DNA from: Bacteroidia bacterium
GTDB taxonomy: Bacteria > Bacteroidota > Bacteroidia > NS11-12g > UBA9320
DNA: 64,000 nucleotides
Direction: 5' to 3'
NCBI GenBank assembly: GCA_965216465.1
Contig: CBDCFW010000005.1
Location: forward strand, 224,001-288,000
The position numbers were made by a program, and so were the translations under genes. Below, in pieces: positions 29,828 through 39,477 of the stretch. Every line of letters begins with the position of its first letter. Within the stretch, counting starts at the first letter, position 1. The notes under the pieces are model-generated. The model was not told where the DNA came from, made no database searches, and saw nothing but the letters and a program-made list of their open reading frames with translations.

Positions 29828-30326
29828 ACTGAACAAACCTCTTAAAAAAGGCAAAGAAGTATTTGTGGCACCTGGTGCTACTGTTATCGGTGATGTTTCT
29901 TTAGACGACGAATCTAGCGTGTGGTTTGGAGCGGTGTTACGCGGAGATTCAGATAAGATTGAGATTGGTAAGCGAACCAACATTCAAGATAATGCAACCA
30001 TTCATTGCGATCCAGGGTTTCCTGCAATATTGGGTGATGATTGTATTGTTGGGCACAATGCAATTATTCACGGAGCTGAGCTTAAAAACAATGTTCTAGT
30101 AGGCATGCACGCCACCGTATTAAACGGTGCAGTTATAGGAGAATATTCTATTATTGGTGCAAATGCGTTGGTTACGGCAGGAACCGAGATTCCACCACGC
30201 TCATTGGTCTTGGGTTCTCCTGCAAAAGTTGTAAAGACCATTACTGAGCAACAAATGCAAGATATTCGTGAAAATGCTGCGGTTTATGTAAAGAAGGCAA
30301 AAGAGTTTATTGAATTTTATTCATAA
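29820..30326 (+). CDS. Gamma carbonic anhydrase family protein
   Basis: VIGDV, VLRGD, NIQDNATIH, VGHNAIIHG hexapeptide repeats. Confidence 0.93.
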   Translation: MSRLNKPLKKGKEVFVAPGATVIGDVSLDDESSVWFGAVLRGDSDKIEIGKRTNIQDNATIHCDPGFPAILGDDCIVGHNAIIHGAELKNNVLVGMHATVLNGAVIGEYSIIGANALVTAGTEIPPRSLVLGSPAKVVKTITEQQMQDIRENAAVYVKKAKEFIEFYS

Positions 30327-30351
30327 AAAAATCCCGCCTCGGCGGGATTTT
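30325..30351. terminator. Bidirectional terminator
   Basis: AAAAAAATCCCGCC-tc-GGCGGGATTTT. Confidence 0.8.
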
Positions 30352-30373
30352 GAAATATTCTTAATCAATTTGA

Positions 30374-30844
30374 TTAGTCGTTAAAGTCTTTCGAAGTTTC
30401 ATTTCCATCTTCATCCCACATTCTCCAAACACCTGTTTTTTGTCCTTGATTGTAGAACATTTCGAAGCGAATATTGCCTTCATCATCCCAAATAATCCAC
30501 TTACCGTGTTTAAGATCATTGTTGAAATTAGCAACACCAACGAGTAATCCAACATCGTTGAACTGTTGCCACTCACCAGTCTTATGGCCATTATTGTACG
30601 TTCCACTTTCTTTTAACTGTCCGTTCAGGTGAAAGTAGCTAGCACTTCCTTCTAACTCTCCATCTCTAACATTTAACTGTGAAACCAATTGGCCTTCTTT
30701 AAATTCTTCGTATACTCCAGTGAAGAGTAAACCATCAGCAGCATAATACTTTCCATTCTCAATGGTGACATCAGAATTTTGAGCACTTAACCCCATTACT
30801 ATGCCACAAACCAATATTGTCATTAAATTTCTCATAACTTTCAC
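30374..30844 (-). CDS. Secreted MORN-variant repeat protein (YwqK-like)
   Basis: Signal peptide; repeats G-x-Y/F-x-x-G-x-K-x-G-x-W. TATCTTTG promoter at 30860-30867 (-). Confidence 0.82.
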   Translation of the reverse strand: MKVMRNLMTILVCGIVMGLSAQNSDVTIENGKYYAADGLLFTGVYEEFKEGQLVSQLNVRDGELEGSASYFHLNGQLKESGTYNNGHKTGEWQQFNDVGLLVGVANFNNDLKHGKWIIWDDEGNIRFEMFYNQGQKTGVWRMWDEDGNETSKDFND

Positions 30845-30997
30845 TTAACAATTCCTTAACAAAGATAGTAGTTCTAAATCTAAAATGGTAACGATAGGGA
30901 TAATTTATATCGCTATACAATTAAAGAATGTTCTGAGTGCTTCTAGCCTCATTTAAAGCGTTAAATTTGCACCACGATAAAAAGAAAAAAACACATT

Positions 30998-31630
30998 ATG
31001 TCAGTATTAACAGGAAGAAAAGCCCCACATTTCAGCGAGAAAGCTGTAATTAACGGAGGCGAAATAGTAGACAACTTTTCATTAGAGCAATTTGAAGGAA
31101 ACAACTACGTGATCTTATTCTTTTACCCAAAAGATTTCACATTTGTTTGTCCTACTGAACTTCATGCATTCCAGTCTAAACTTGCCGAGTTTGAAGCAAA
31201 AGGATGTAAGATTGTAGCATGTTCTACAGACACTGAAGAAAGTCATTGGGGATGGTTGCAAATGCCAAAATCTCAAGGCGGAATTCAAGGTATTACGTAC
31301 CCTATTATTGCTGACACTTCAAAAACCGTTAGCATGAACTATGGCGTTCTAAATGGCGAATACGAATACAATGAAAATGGAGATATCATTGCTACGGGTG
31401 AAATGATTGCATACCGAGGTCTTTTCTTAATTGACAAAGATGGTATCGTTCGTCACCAACTGGTTAACGATCTTCCTTTAGGTAGAAATGTTGATGAGGC
31501 AATGCGTTACCTTGATGCATTAAAGCATCATGAAGAATTTGGCGAAGTATGTCCTGCAAATTGGGCTCAAGGTGAAGAAGCTATGGCTGAAACTCACGAC
31601 GGAGTTGCTGACTACTTGGCTAGTCACTAA
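30998..31630 (+). CDS. ahpC: Typical 2-Cys peroxiredoxin (AhpC)
   Basis: FFYPKDFTFVCPTE and GEVCPANW motifs. Confidence 0.93.
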   Translation: MSVLTGRKAPHFSEKAVINGGEIVDNFSLEQFEGNNYVILFFYPKDFTFVCPTELHAFQSKLAEFEAKGCKIVACSTDTEESHWGWLQMPKSQGGIQGITYPIIADTSKTVSMNYGVLNGEYEYNENGDIIATGEMIAYRGLFLIDKDGIVRHQLVNDLPLGRNVDEAMRYLDALKHHEEFGEVCPANWAQGEEAMAETHDGVADYLASH

Positions 31631-31659
31631 GCTTAAACATAACAAATTAGATTAATGAG

Positions 31660-31725
31660 AAAAGTCGTTTCAGCAATGGAGCGACTTTTTTTTGAGCACA
31701 AAAAAAGAGTTGCTTAGCAACTCTC
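31660..31725. terminator. Back-to-back terminators for ahpC (+) and the convergent gene (-)
   Basis: AAAAGTCGTTTCA-gcaa-TGGAGCGACTTTTTTTT (31660-31693) and AAAAAAAGAGTTGC-tta-GCAACTCT (31700-31724). Confidence 0.8.
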
Positions 31726-31746
31726 GCTCTTTTATTATTAACTCAA

Positions 31747-32040
31747 CTATTTCTTTTCTAGAACAACCCTGATTTCTTCATCATTGTTGGTTGGAACCAA
31801 CTTTACATAGCCCGTATTATAACCTGAATACTCAATTTTGTAAAGCACTGGCTTGTTTGTTCTTTGTAATTCACTTATTCCATCAAAGTCGGTGTACACC
31901 GTTTTAGAGACCTCAACAGCGGTAACCTTTGCACCTGTAACTGGTTCATGGTTCTCATCTAGAACCACTACTTTTAAAGGGTTATTTGCCATAACACTAA
32001 TGGTTAACAACAGGGCTCCTAGTAATGTGGTGAATTTCAC
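31747..32040 (-). CDS. Small secreted protein, stand-alone carboxypeptidase-regulatory-like domain
   Basis: Signal peptide; VLDENHEPVTGAKV...YTDFDG...IEYSGY pattern. Confidence 0.75.
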   Translation of the reverse strand: MKFTTLLGALLLTISVMANNPLKVVVLDENHEPVTGAKVTAVEVSKTVYTDFDGISELQRTNKPVLYKIEYSGYNTGYVKLVPTNNDEEIRVVLEKK

Positions 32041-32145
32041 ATTGCAATGTTATTGAGACTATGTTATGTTTATGTTAAGTGAATACTAAGTTAACCTAGA
32101 TAAAATTTCAAAATTTAGCTTCAATTAAATTCTAAATTTGCCTTC

Positions 32146-33792
32146 ATGAAATATTTAGCTGTGGTTTTGTTGTTTTTATTGGGATGTTCTAACAACAACA
32201 CCCCAAACAAAAACAACTTTGCTGATGAAAAGCTGGTTCACATTTATGAACTTCAGGATCAAAGAGATGCACAGGCATTAATACCATTTCTTAAAGCTAA
32301 AAAAGAAAGTCATCGCATAGCGGCTGCTCTGGCCTTTGCTAGTATGAAAGATACAGTTGCAATTCCTTATCTCAGTCAGATGTTGCAGATTGATCAAGAC
32401 GAATTGCCTCGACGTGCTGCAGCTCAAGCCTTGGGTCAAATAGGACACATAAAAGCATTGCAAATATTAAAGCCAGCATTTGACTCAGAATTATCTAAAA
32501 TCAATCAACGCTATATTCTCGAAGCAATAGGAAAATGTGGAGATGAATCGACCCTCGCTCTATTTGAACAAACTAATTACCAAGACCCTACTCTTCGATC
32601 GGGGTGGACTTATGGCGTTTTTAGGTTGAGCTTAAAAAGACATATCTCGGATAGTCTAGCAGAGCGCATGCTAACCACGCTAGAAAAAAATGAATCGGAA
32701 CAAGACCAAATTTTAGCTTCGCATTACGTGTACAGGGCGAGTAGACTAGGTAACATAGATTCGACTCGAATTCAAAAGATAATTGACCAAGCAACTTCAA
32801 ACCATGTTAAGGAGCGACTTAGCCTGATTTTCAAATCACCTTCAAATAGTGGGGAAACATTTAGCAAGCAATGGCTGATTGAATATGGCAAACTAAACGA
32901 CTACGAAAAAGCAGAAAAGATTTCGCGAATTGAAGAGCTAGAAGGCAATGCATCACTGTTTTTACACAACGTCGCTTTAACAGATAGCATGCCCCCTATG
33001 ATTCGAAATGCGGCGTTACAAAAGTTTTTCGATCTGTTTCCGAAAAGGAAGTGGGAAATGGTATACAAAGCCCTAAATTCAGGAGATATGGCAATGCAAA
33101 GTATTGCATGCTACCAAATTCATCAAACCGATAAACTGGTATTCGATTATGATTGGGCCAGCGAACCTTACTTTCAAAAGATTTTTGACGCTTGTCGATC
33201 AATAAGAGATAGCTTAGAACTTCCACGTGAGGCTGAAACATACATCGATGTCTCAAAAGCAATTGAACTTTTAAGCACCAGATTTACATATAGATCTGCC
33301 CCTCCCTTTAAGTATAATCCAGAATACAATCACCCTATCAACTGGGAGCTCACCAAAACCATACCTTCAGATCAAAAGGTTTTAATCAAAACTTCAAAGG
33401 GTGACATTACTTTGCAGTGCTTCGTGAATGATGCACCCGGCACGGTGACTAATTTTATTGCATTGGTCGATTCTGGCTTTTATGATGGTAAGTTCTTTCA
33501 TCGGGTAGTTTCACAGTTTGTAATTCAGGGAGGATGTCCTCGCGGAGACGGATGGGGAAGTTTAGATTGGAGCCAACGCAGCGAGTTTTCAAACTACCAA
33601 GAATACAGTGAAGGAACCGTAGGAATAGCATCCTCTGGAATGGACACCGAAGGCGTTCAATTTTTTATAACGCATTGCCCTACCCCACACCTCGATGGCA
33701 GATACACCATTTTTGCACGAGTTACTGAAGGTATGGATGTTGTAAATTCCATTTCAGTAGGTGATCAAATAATATCGATAAAACGGCTATAA
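32146..33792 (+). CDS. Lipoprotein with HEAT repeats and C-terminal cyclophilin-type PPIase
   Basis: Lipobox LLGC; RRAAAQALGQIG HEAT repeats; FHRVVSQFVIQGG, QFFITH, PHLDGRYTIF. Confidence 0.9.
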   Translation: MKYLAVVLLFLLGCSNNNTPNKNNFADEKLVHIYELQDQRDAQALIPFLKAKKESHRIAAALAFASMKDTVAIPYLSQMLQIDQDELPRRAAAQALGQIGHIKALQILKPAFDSELSKINQRYILEAIGKCGDESTLALFEQTNYQDPTLRSGWTYGVFRLSLKRHISDSLAERMLTTLEKNESEQDQILASHYVYRASRLGNIDSTRIQKIIDQATSNHVKERLSLIFKSPSNSGETFSKQWLIEYGKLNDYEKAEKISRIEELEGNASLFLHNVALTDSMPPMIRNAALQKFFDLFPKRKWEMVYKALNSGDMAMQSIACYQIHQTDKLVFDYDWASEPYFQKIFDACRSIRDSLELPREAETYIDVSKAIELLSTRFTYRSAPPFKYNPEYNHPINWELTKTIPSDQKVLIKTSKGDITLQCFVNDAPGTVTNFIALVDSGFYDGKFFHRVVSQFVIQGGCPRGDGWGSLDWSQRSEFSNYQEYSEGTVGIASSGMDTEGVQFFITHCPTPHLDGRYTIFARVTEGMDVVNSISVGDQIISIKRL

Positions 33793-33879
33793 GTCGCAAC
33801 TTGGTCATTTCTGTTTTTTCTTTTTGCATTTATCTGATACTCTGCCAATAAATTCTAACTTTGAGACGTTAAAACATCC

Positions 33880-34920
33880 ATGCGAAAACTAGTTTTACTC
33901 CTCTTTCTGGCTTGCAGTATTTTATCCTTTGCTCAAATTGGAGGATCTACGGCATTTACATTTGCGTTGATTGAAAACAGTGCACGGCATACGGCCTTAG
34001 GAGGCGTATCAATTGCAAATTCTGATCGTGATCCTGCAGCTGGATATCAAAATCCTAGTTTAATAAATCCTGAGATGCACAACAGTGTTTCACTTTCGTA
34101 TGCGAATCATGTAGCAGATCTTAATCACGGTTTTGTTAGCTATGGCTTAGACTTTGATAGCCTCGGAACATTTTTAATAAGCTCGGGCTATTTTGATTAC
34201 GGTGAGTTTGTAAGAACCAATAATGCAGGTGATATTGAAGGTGCATTTCGAGCTGCAGACTATACCTTTCAAATTGGTTATGCGCGACCTCTTAATGACA
34301 AGCTCAGTTTAGGAGCAAATGGCAAGTTTTTATATTCTGCTTACGAAGCATATGTAAGTACTGCAGGAGCCATTGATTTGGGGTTGGCCTATATGGATAG
34401 CTCTAAATTGTTGAGTGCGGGTCTGGTTATTAAGAATATGGGCTATCAATTTATACGATACAGTCCGTCAAGCCCGAGAGAACCGTTGCCTTTCGACATT
34501 CAAGCTAGTGTAAGTAAGAAACTTGAGCATAACCCGCTTCGATTTACATTAACGCTTCATAATTTACATCGCTGGAACAACTCTTATGTTAATATCAATT
34601 CTCGTAATAAAGAAATTGATCTAGAAACAGGAACGATTAAAAACCAAGAGTTATCATTCGGCGACAAGGCAATGCGTCACGTTATCTTTAACACGGAATT
34701 TGTATTTTCAGATAACTTTCAAATTCGTGCAGGATACAACCATCAACGAAGAGCGGAACTTTCCCCTGAGAATAGAAGAGCTTTAACTGGATTTAGCTGG
34801 GGATTTGGTATTGGAATCAAGAAATTCTTCTTGAGTTACGGCAGTGCAGGCTACTTCCCAGGTGTAGCAACTAAGTACTTTTCGGTATCTCGTGACCTCT
34901 CTACCTTCAAGAAGAAATAA
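33880..34920 (+). CDS. porQ: Type IX secretion system protein PorQ
   Basis: SARHTALGG, NPSLI, RAGYNHQRRAEL, GFSWGFG; porQ-cmk adjacency. Confidence 0.88.
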   Translation: MRKLVLLLFLACSILSFAQIGGSTAFTFALIENSARHTALGGVSIANSDRDPAAGYQNPSLINPEMHNSVSLSYANHVADLNHGFVSYGLDFDSLGTFLISSGYFDYGEFVRTNNAGDIEGAFRAADYTFQIGYARPLNDKLSLGANGKFLYSAYEAYVSTAGAIDLGLAYMDSSKLLSAGLVIKNMGYQFIRYSPSSPREPLPFDIQASVSKKLEHNPLRFTLTLHNLHRWNNSYVNINSRNKEIDLETGTIKNQELSFGDKAMRHVIFNTEFVFSDNFQIRAGYNHQRRAELSPENRRALTGFSWGFGIGIKKFFLSYGSAGYFPGVATKYFSVSRDLSTFKKK

Positions 34921-34985
34921 CCCGTGTGTTAAATCTTTTTCGCAAATCAGGGTAAATTAAAAAATAGTTATATGTTTGATGTGTC

Positions 34986-35681
34986 TTGACACGGAAAATC
35001 AATATTGCCATTGATGGTCACTCAAGCTGTGGAAAAGGAACACTAGCCAAAAACTTAGCTAAAGAACTAGGCTATACTTTTATCGATAGCGGTGCCATGT
35101 ACAGAGCGGTTACACTCTATCTGATTCAGAATGGATATACCTTAGATGATGTTCGAGAAGATCCTGCCCTCTTAGGCAATATCAAAATTTCATTTCATTA
35201 CGACCCCATCAAAGAATTTTACAAAACGCATTTAAACGGTGTTGATGTTGAAACTGAAATTCGAAGTCAAGATATCAATCGAAAAGTAAGTGCAGTTAGT
35301 GCTGTTGAAGAAATCAGAACTTTTTTATTGTCTCAGCAACAAAATATTGGAAAAGACAAGGGTGTTGTTATGGATGGCCGAGATATTGGAACCGCTGTAT
35401 TTCCAGAGGCAGAATTAAAGATCTTTATGACAGCTTCACCTGAAATTAGAGCTAAAAGAAGATATGAAGAGCTTACCAAAAAAGGAGTTCACGTTAATTT
35501 TCAGGAAGTGTTGCACAACATCAGAGAGCGAGACTACCTTGACTCAACCCGTGAGCTTAGCCCTCTAGCTAAAGCAGAAGATGCAATTACGCTCGACAAT
35601 ACTTCAATGACCAAAAAAGAGCAAGCTAAACTCGCCTTACAATGGGCAAAAGGAGTAATACGTGCTTTAGAAGTAATGTAA
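34986..35681 (+). CDS. cmk: Cytidylate kinase
   Basis: IAIDGHSSCGKGT, DSGAMYRA, VMDGRDIGT, RDYLDSTR. Confidence 0.97.
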   Translation: MTRKINIAIDGHSSCGKGTLAKNLAKELGYTFIDSGAMYRAVTLYLIQNGYTLDDVREDPALLGNIKISFHYDPIKEFYKTHLNGVDVETEIRSQDINRKVSAVSAVEEIRTFLLSQQQNIGKDKGVVMDGRDIGTAVFPEAELKIFMTASPEIRAKRRYEELTKKGVHVNFQEVLHNIRERDYLDSTRELSPLAKAEDAITLDNTSMTKKEQAKLALQWAKGVIRALEVM

Positions 35682-35684
35682 AAG

Positions 35685-38600
35685 TTAGCGTAAGATGGTG
35701 ACGGTACCTTTCTTGATGTATCGGCGGTTATCCCAACCTTTATAAATAACAACCCAAACATATACATTGCTGTTATGAAGGTTATCGTTTTTGTATTCGC
35801 CAGACCACTCTATGTTTTTATCTGTAGTTTCAAAAACCTTCTCTCCCCAGCGATTGTAAATTCTCATTTCAAATTCCTTAACAAATACATCACTCCAACC
35901 AAATTCATCGTTGAGGTTATTACCGTCTGAAGTAACTGCATTTGGCACAAACACCAACGGTGGTTGAATCAAGTAGATATCATTACTTCTACTGGTTGCA
36001 TTGTGGCTACCAGGACCTTCATAGGCCATCACACTATACCAATACCCTCCCCAGTCAAAGTCGAGGTTGGAATCGTCATAATCACGAACTCCTGAATTTA
36101 CACGAACAATTGGTCTTAGGTTTCCTGTATCTACCGATCGAAGTAATTCATATTCCGCTACACCCCCGGCCCAGCTTAGATATTCATCCCAATTGAGATC
36201 GAATAAGAATCGTGGCTTTACTTTTTCTCCATTGTCGACACTTTCTCCTCTGATTACGATGTTGCATCCATAATTACTAAGCTTACTCAGATGACCACAA
36301 TCGTCGCTGACTTTTATTTGATAACAGTAAGAGAGGTTATCTACATCAACATCTTCGTCAATGTAAATGGTATCGTTAATATCGTAGATAGATTTAATGT
36401 AGTTCAGTGTAGTCTTACCTCTTTCTGATTTATACAATTCGTAATGCCCAAAGTCATCTTCTTGAGACTTTAACCAGACTACTTTTAGAACGTCTTCTTC
36501 AACAGTAACAGTTTTGAGATATGTTGCTTCAACAGGAACTTCATGCTCCTTAACGCTACTTAAATCATAAGATTTATTGCCAACAATGCCGCATTTGTTC
36601 TCTACTATTAAGAAGTAGGTGTAATTGCTAGACCTCGGACTTATTACATCGAAATCTTCATACAAACCAGCTCCAGATGAATAAAATGTATCCAATACCG
36701 TAGTATTTCCATTTGGATCGACCTTATAAAGATACATTCTATGGAAATAACGCGTAGGGTTGGTTAAGGCTTCCCATTCTAATCGAATTCCATTTTGATT
36801 AATAAAATTGAGACATATTACCTCTGGAGGATCAATCGGAGGAGGTGGAAGTACAACTATTTTAAACAGCGATAAACTGTCTTTAGAACCTGGGCATCCA
36901 ATATCAACTGCATGTGCATAAACAGTAAACGTATCACCAATGTGCTCACAACCTGGATTTACTGTAAAGTTTGCCTCCACTTTTTCGTGGCCAATGTATT
37001 GATCTTGTCGATTTTGAAATGCATCTCTAATCTCATCCTGGTATGAGAAGTTCACGATTATTGTATCTTGATCAGGGTCTGTAATAACATAGGTAAAATC
37101 AAGCGTATCTAATGCTGTAACCGAGTATAATTCTTCTTTTAATCGAGGCTTTCTGTTCAAGTTTCCAAACGCCAATTTAAATGATGCATTACTACATCTC
37201 GGGCTTGGATTGTTTTCAGAGTAAGCACCTGGAGTAGTTGGGAAATCACTTACTCTTGAACTTTGTCCATCTGAAGAAGGTGGACAACTGCTGCAAACAC
37301 TTTGGTAGATAACACCACGCTTATCAAATCTACTCGTTCCTCCATCTACGTGGTCATCCGTTTTATCGCCTCCAAAGTAGGTTGCATATAGCAACTCTTG
37401 CATATCTCTTCTAAAAACACTGAGATGGAAATCATTTCCATCAGTCGTTTTCTGCAGTGCATCTTGCGTTAGTGGCATATCTTTAAGTGGCGATTGTGGC
37501 CCAGTATAAAGGCTGCTTCCCCACCCTGAAACGAAGATCTTTCCGCATTCATCAACCAAAAAGGCATTAACTGTAATGTCTGGGCTATTTCCTCCGCTAC
37601 CATAAACTGTGCTCAGTAAGACTTCGTCAAGATCGCGGTTAAATTTCGATATAAATTGTGAACCGTTGTCGTTGTGATAAACACTGCCATCAATTGGCAT
37701 TTCTCCGTCTGAGTGACCAACAACGAAAATGCTTCCAAACTTGTCGATATCAAGTGAAAGAATCTGGTCGTAAGTTGATGTACCCCAATATGCCGAGCGT
37801 TTTAAAGTTCTCCCGTCGTGACTAATTCGTGCCACAAAACCATCGGCTCTTCCGCCATTATAATTCTCTCCTAATGAATTAGAAACTTCAGGCAGGTTTG
37901 TACTTGTCGTTCCTCCACTGATGTACAAATCTCCATCTTTGGCTACGTCGACACTATAAATTGCTTCAGTACCTGTACCGCCATAATAACTGCACCATTT
38001 TACTTGGTCGATATTGGGAGAAAGACAGAACACTACTCCATCTTGACCTTGATTGTATGTACGCTGAAATACTCCAAGCGTAGTTGGGAAGTCAGTTGAG
38101 CGTGTACAAGTCGCAACGAAGATGTTGCCAGATGAATCTAGATTTACTTCACCTCTAAAGTCATCTGCATAGAAATATCGTGTACTTGCTCGTTCATTAA
38201 GTCCATCGTTTGAAGATCCTCCGATATAGGTTGATCCGATTAAGCTCGTACCTGAAGCATTAAACTTAGTAACTACAATATCAGTCCCTCCAGCATTTCC
38301 CCAATATGGTGCAGTGACTTCTGTAGGGTAGTTTCCAGAGTACGAAGTACCAAATACAATAAGGTTATTTTGAGCATCAACGACTAAACTGTGTGGATAC
38401 TCATCGCTACTTCCTCCGAGATAGGTAGCATACAATAAATTTGACCCAGATGAATCGTACTTACTAATCGAAATATCGCACGCAAGATTTGCCGGTTCAA
38501 AACCAGAACCGCCATTAAAGGTTTGGTCAAAAGCGCCAATTGTTGCAGGATAGCTCCCGGCAAAAGTGGTGGGGCTAGTCACAATTCCTCCTGCATATAG

Positions 38601-39449
38601 ATTTCCGCTGCTATCGAAAGTAGCTGTAAATCCAAAGTTATCTACCGAAGAGCCACTATAGGTTGAGAATATCAGCTCAGGATCAATGACTGTAGTCGAC
38701 CCTTCCAATTTATCAAGTGCTTTAAACCCAATCTTGCCGTCACGCTTTACATACTCCATGCGAACGGTTTGCTTCACTCCATTTTCGATGGTGTAGGATA
38801 TAGGCATTACTTCAGAGAACTTTCCAAATTCAGTTTCTATAGTTAATCGATCTGGTTTTACTTGATAATCTGACGCTCCTAAAATATCGATATTAATATC
38901 GTTGATGTCTGCGCCCTCTTTCAAAATGAAATTGTACTTAAATCGTTGATCTATTGCTTCGAATTCAAGATCGATATGGGGATAGATGTCTGAAAAGAGT
39001 ATGGTCGTGTGTTTTTTAACACCACTTGTCCATTTCGTTCGGTCTTTGCCTAGGTAAAAATTATAGTATTCGCTGTTTGTAGTAGTACCATAATGACGTG
39101 ACAAGTCTGCACCAACAAAATTGAATTTTACATGGTGAAAACGCAGCGTTCTTTCAGAAGCCACTTTTTGTTTAACATGATCGTGTTCGTCGTGATCGTG
39201 GGCATGGTATTCTTCGATCCAAGAAATCCATTTCTCATTGTCGTGTTGCAGGACTGAAAAACCAGTTTGATCAATGTAAATAGTTTGGTGGTCGAAATCA
39301 GCTTTATAGTTTACAATAGGGTTCCATTGACCCTTATTTTCTAAAAAACCAGTTTGACCAAAAACCCCTAAATCGCAAAGAAGAAAGAGAATTACATATG
39401 ACAACCAAGATTTGTACAAAACAGCCTGCTCTATTATACAGACTTGCAA
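35685..39449 (-). CDS. Large surface protein with beta-propeller (SBBP-like) repeats, Ig/Fn3-like domains and gliding-motility-type (T9SS type B) C-terminal domain
   Basis: FLENKGQW N-terminus, STYxGG repeats, HVDGGTSRFD, C-terminal VPNAVTSDGNNLND...IYNRWGE...KGTVTILR. Exact start uncertain. Confidence 0.85.
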   Translation of the reverse strand: MQVCIIEQAVLYKSWLSYVILFLLCDLGVFGQTGFLENKGQWNPIVNYKADFDHQTIYIDQTGFSVLQHDNEKWISWIEEYHAHDHDEHDHVKQKVASERTLRFHHVKFNFVGADLSRHYGTTTNSEYYNFYLGKDRTKWTSGVKKHTTILFSDIYPHIDLEFEAIDQRFKYNFILKEGADINDINIDILGASDYQVKPDRLTIETEFGKFSEVMPISYTIENGVKQTVRMEYVKRDGKIGFKALDKLEGSTTVIDPELIFSTYSGSSVDNFGFTATFDSSGNLYAGGIVTSPTTFAGSYPATIGAFDQTFNGGSGFEPANLACDISISKYDSSGSNLLYATYLGGSSDEYPHSLVVDAQNNLIVFGTSYSGNYPTEVTAPYWGNAGGTDIVVTKFNASGTSLIGSTYIGGSSNDGLNERASTRYFYADDFRGEVNLDSSGNIFVATCTRSTDFPTTLGVFQRTYNQGQDGVVFCLSPNIDQVKWCSYYGGTGTEAIYSVDVAKDGDLYISGGTTSTNLPEVSNSLGENYNGGRADGFVARISHDGRTLKRSAYWGTSTYDQILSLDIDKFGSIFVVGHSDGEMPIDGSVYHNDNGSQFISKFNRDLDEVLLSTVYGSGGNSPDITVNAFLVDECGKIFVSGWGSSLYTGPQSPLKDMPLTQDALQKTTDGNDFHLSVFRRDMQELLYATYFGGDKTDDHVDGGTSRFDKRGVIYQSVCSSCPPSSDGQSSRVSDFPTTPGAYSENNPSPRCSNASFKLAFGNLNRKPRLKEELYSVTALDTLDFTYVITDPDQDTIIVNFSYQDEIRDAFQNRQDQYIGHEKVEANFTVNPGCEHIGDTFTVYAHAVDIGCPGSKDSLSLFKIVVLPPPPIDPPEVICLNFINQNGIRLEWEALTNPTRYFHRMYLYKVDPNGNTTVLDTFYSSGAGLYEDFDVISPRSSNYTYFLIVENKCGIVGNKSYDLSSVKEHEVPVEATYLKTVTVEEDVLKVVWLKSQEDDFGHYELYKSERGKTTLNYIKSIYDINDTIYIDEDVDVDNLSYCYQIKVSDDCGHLSKLSNYGCNIVIRGESVDNGEKVKPRFLFDLNWDEYLSWAGGVAEYELLRSVDTGNLRPIVRVNSGVRDYDDSNLDFDWGGYWYSVMAYEGPGSHNATSRSNDIYLIQPPLVFVPNAVTSDGNNLNDEFGWSDVFVKEFEMRIYNRWGEKVFETTDKNIEWSGEYKNDNLHNSNVYVWVVIYKGWDNRRYIKKGTVTILR

Positions 39450-39477
39450 GATACTAAAAAGGTTGCTTAGTTACGCT

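Noticed and set aside
30374-30844. Toxin-antitoxin system (YwqK-like antitoxin)
   Set aside because: No adjacent toxin; secreted MORN-variant proteins are common in Bacteroidota.
30894-30916. OxyR site upstream of ahpC (ATAG-N7-TTAT)
   Set aside because: Only one imperfect half-site; the four-tetramer spacing is not met.
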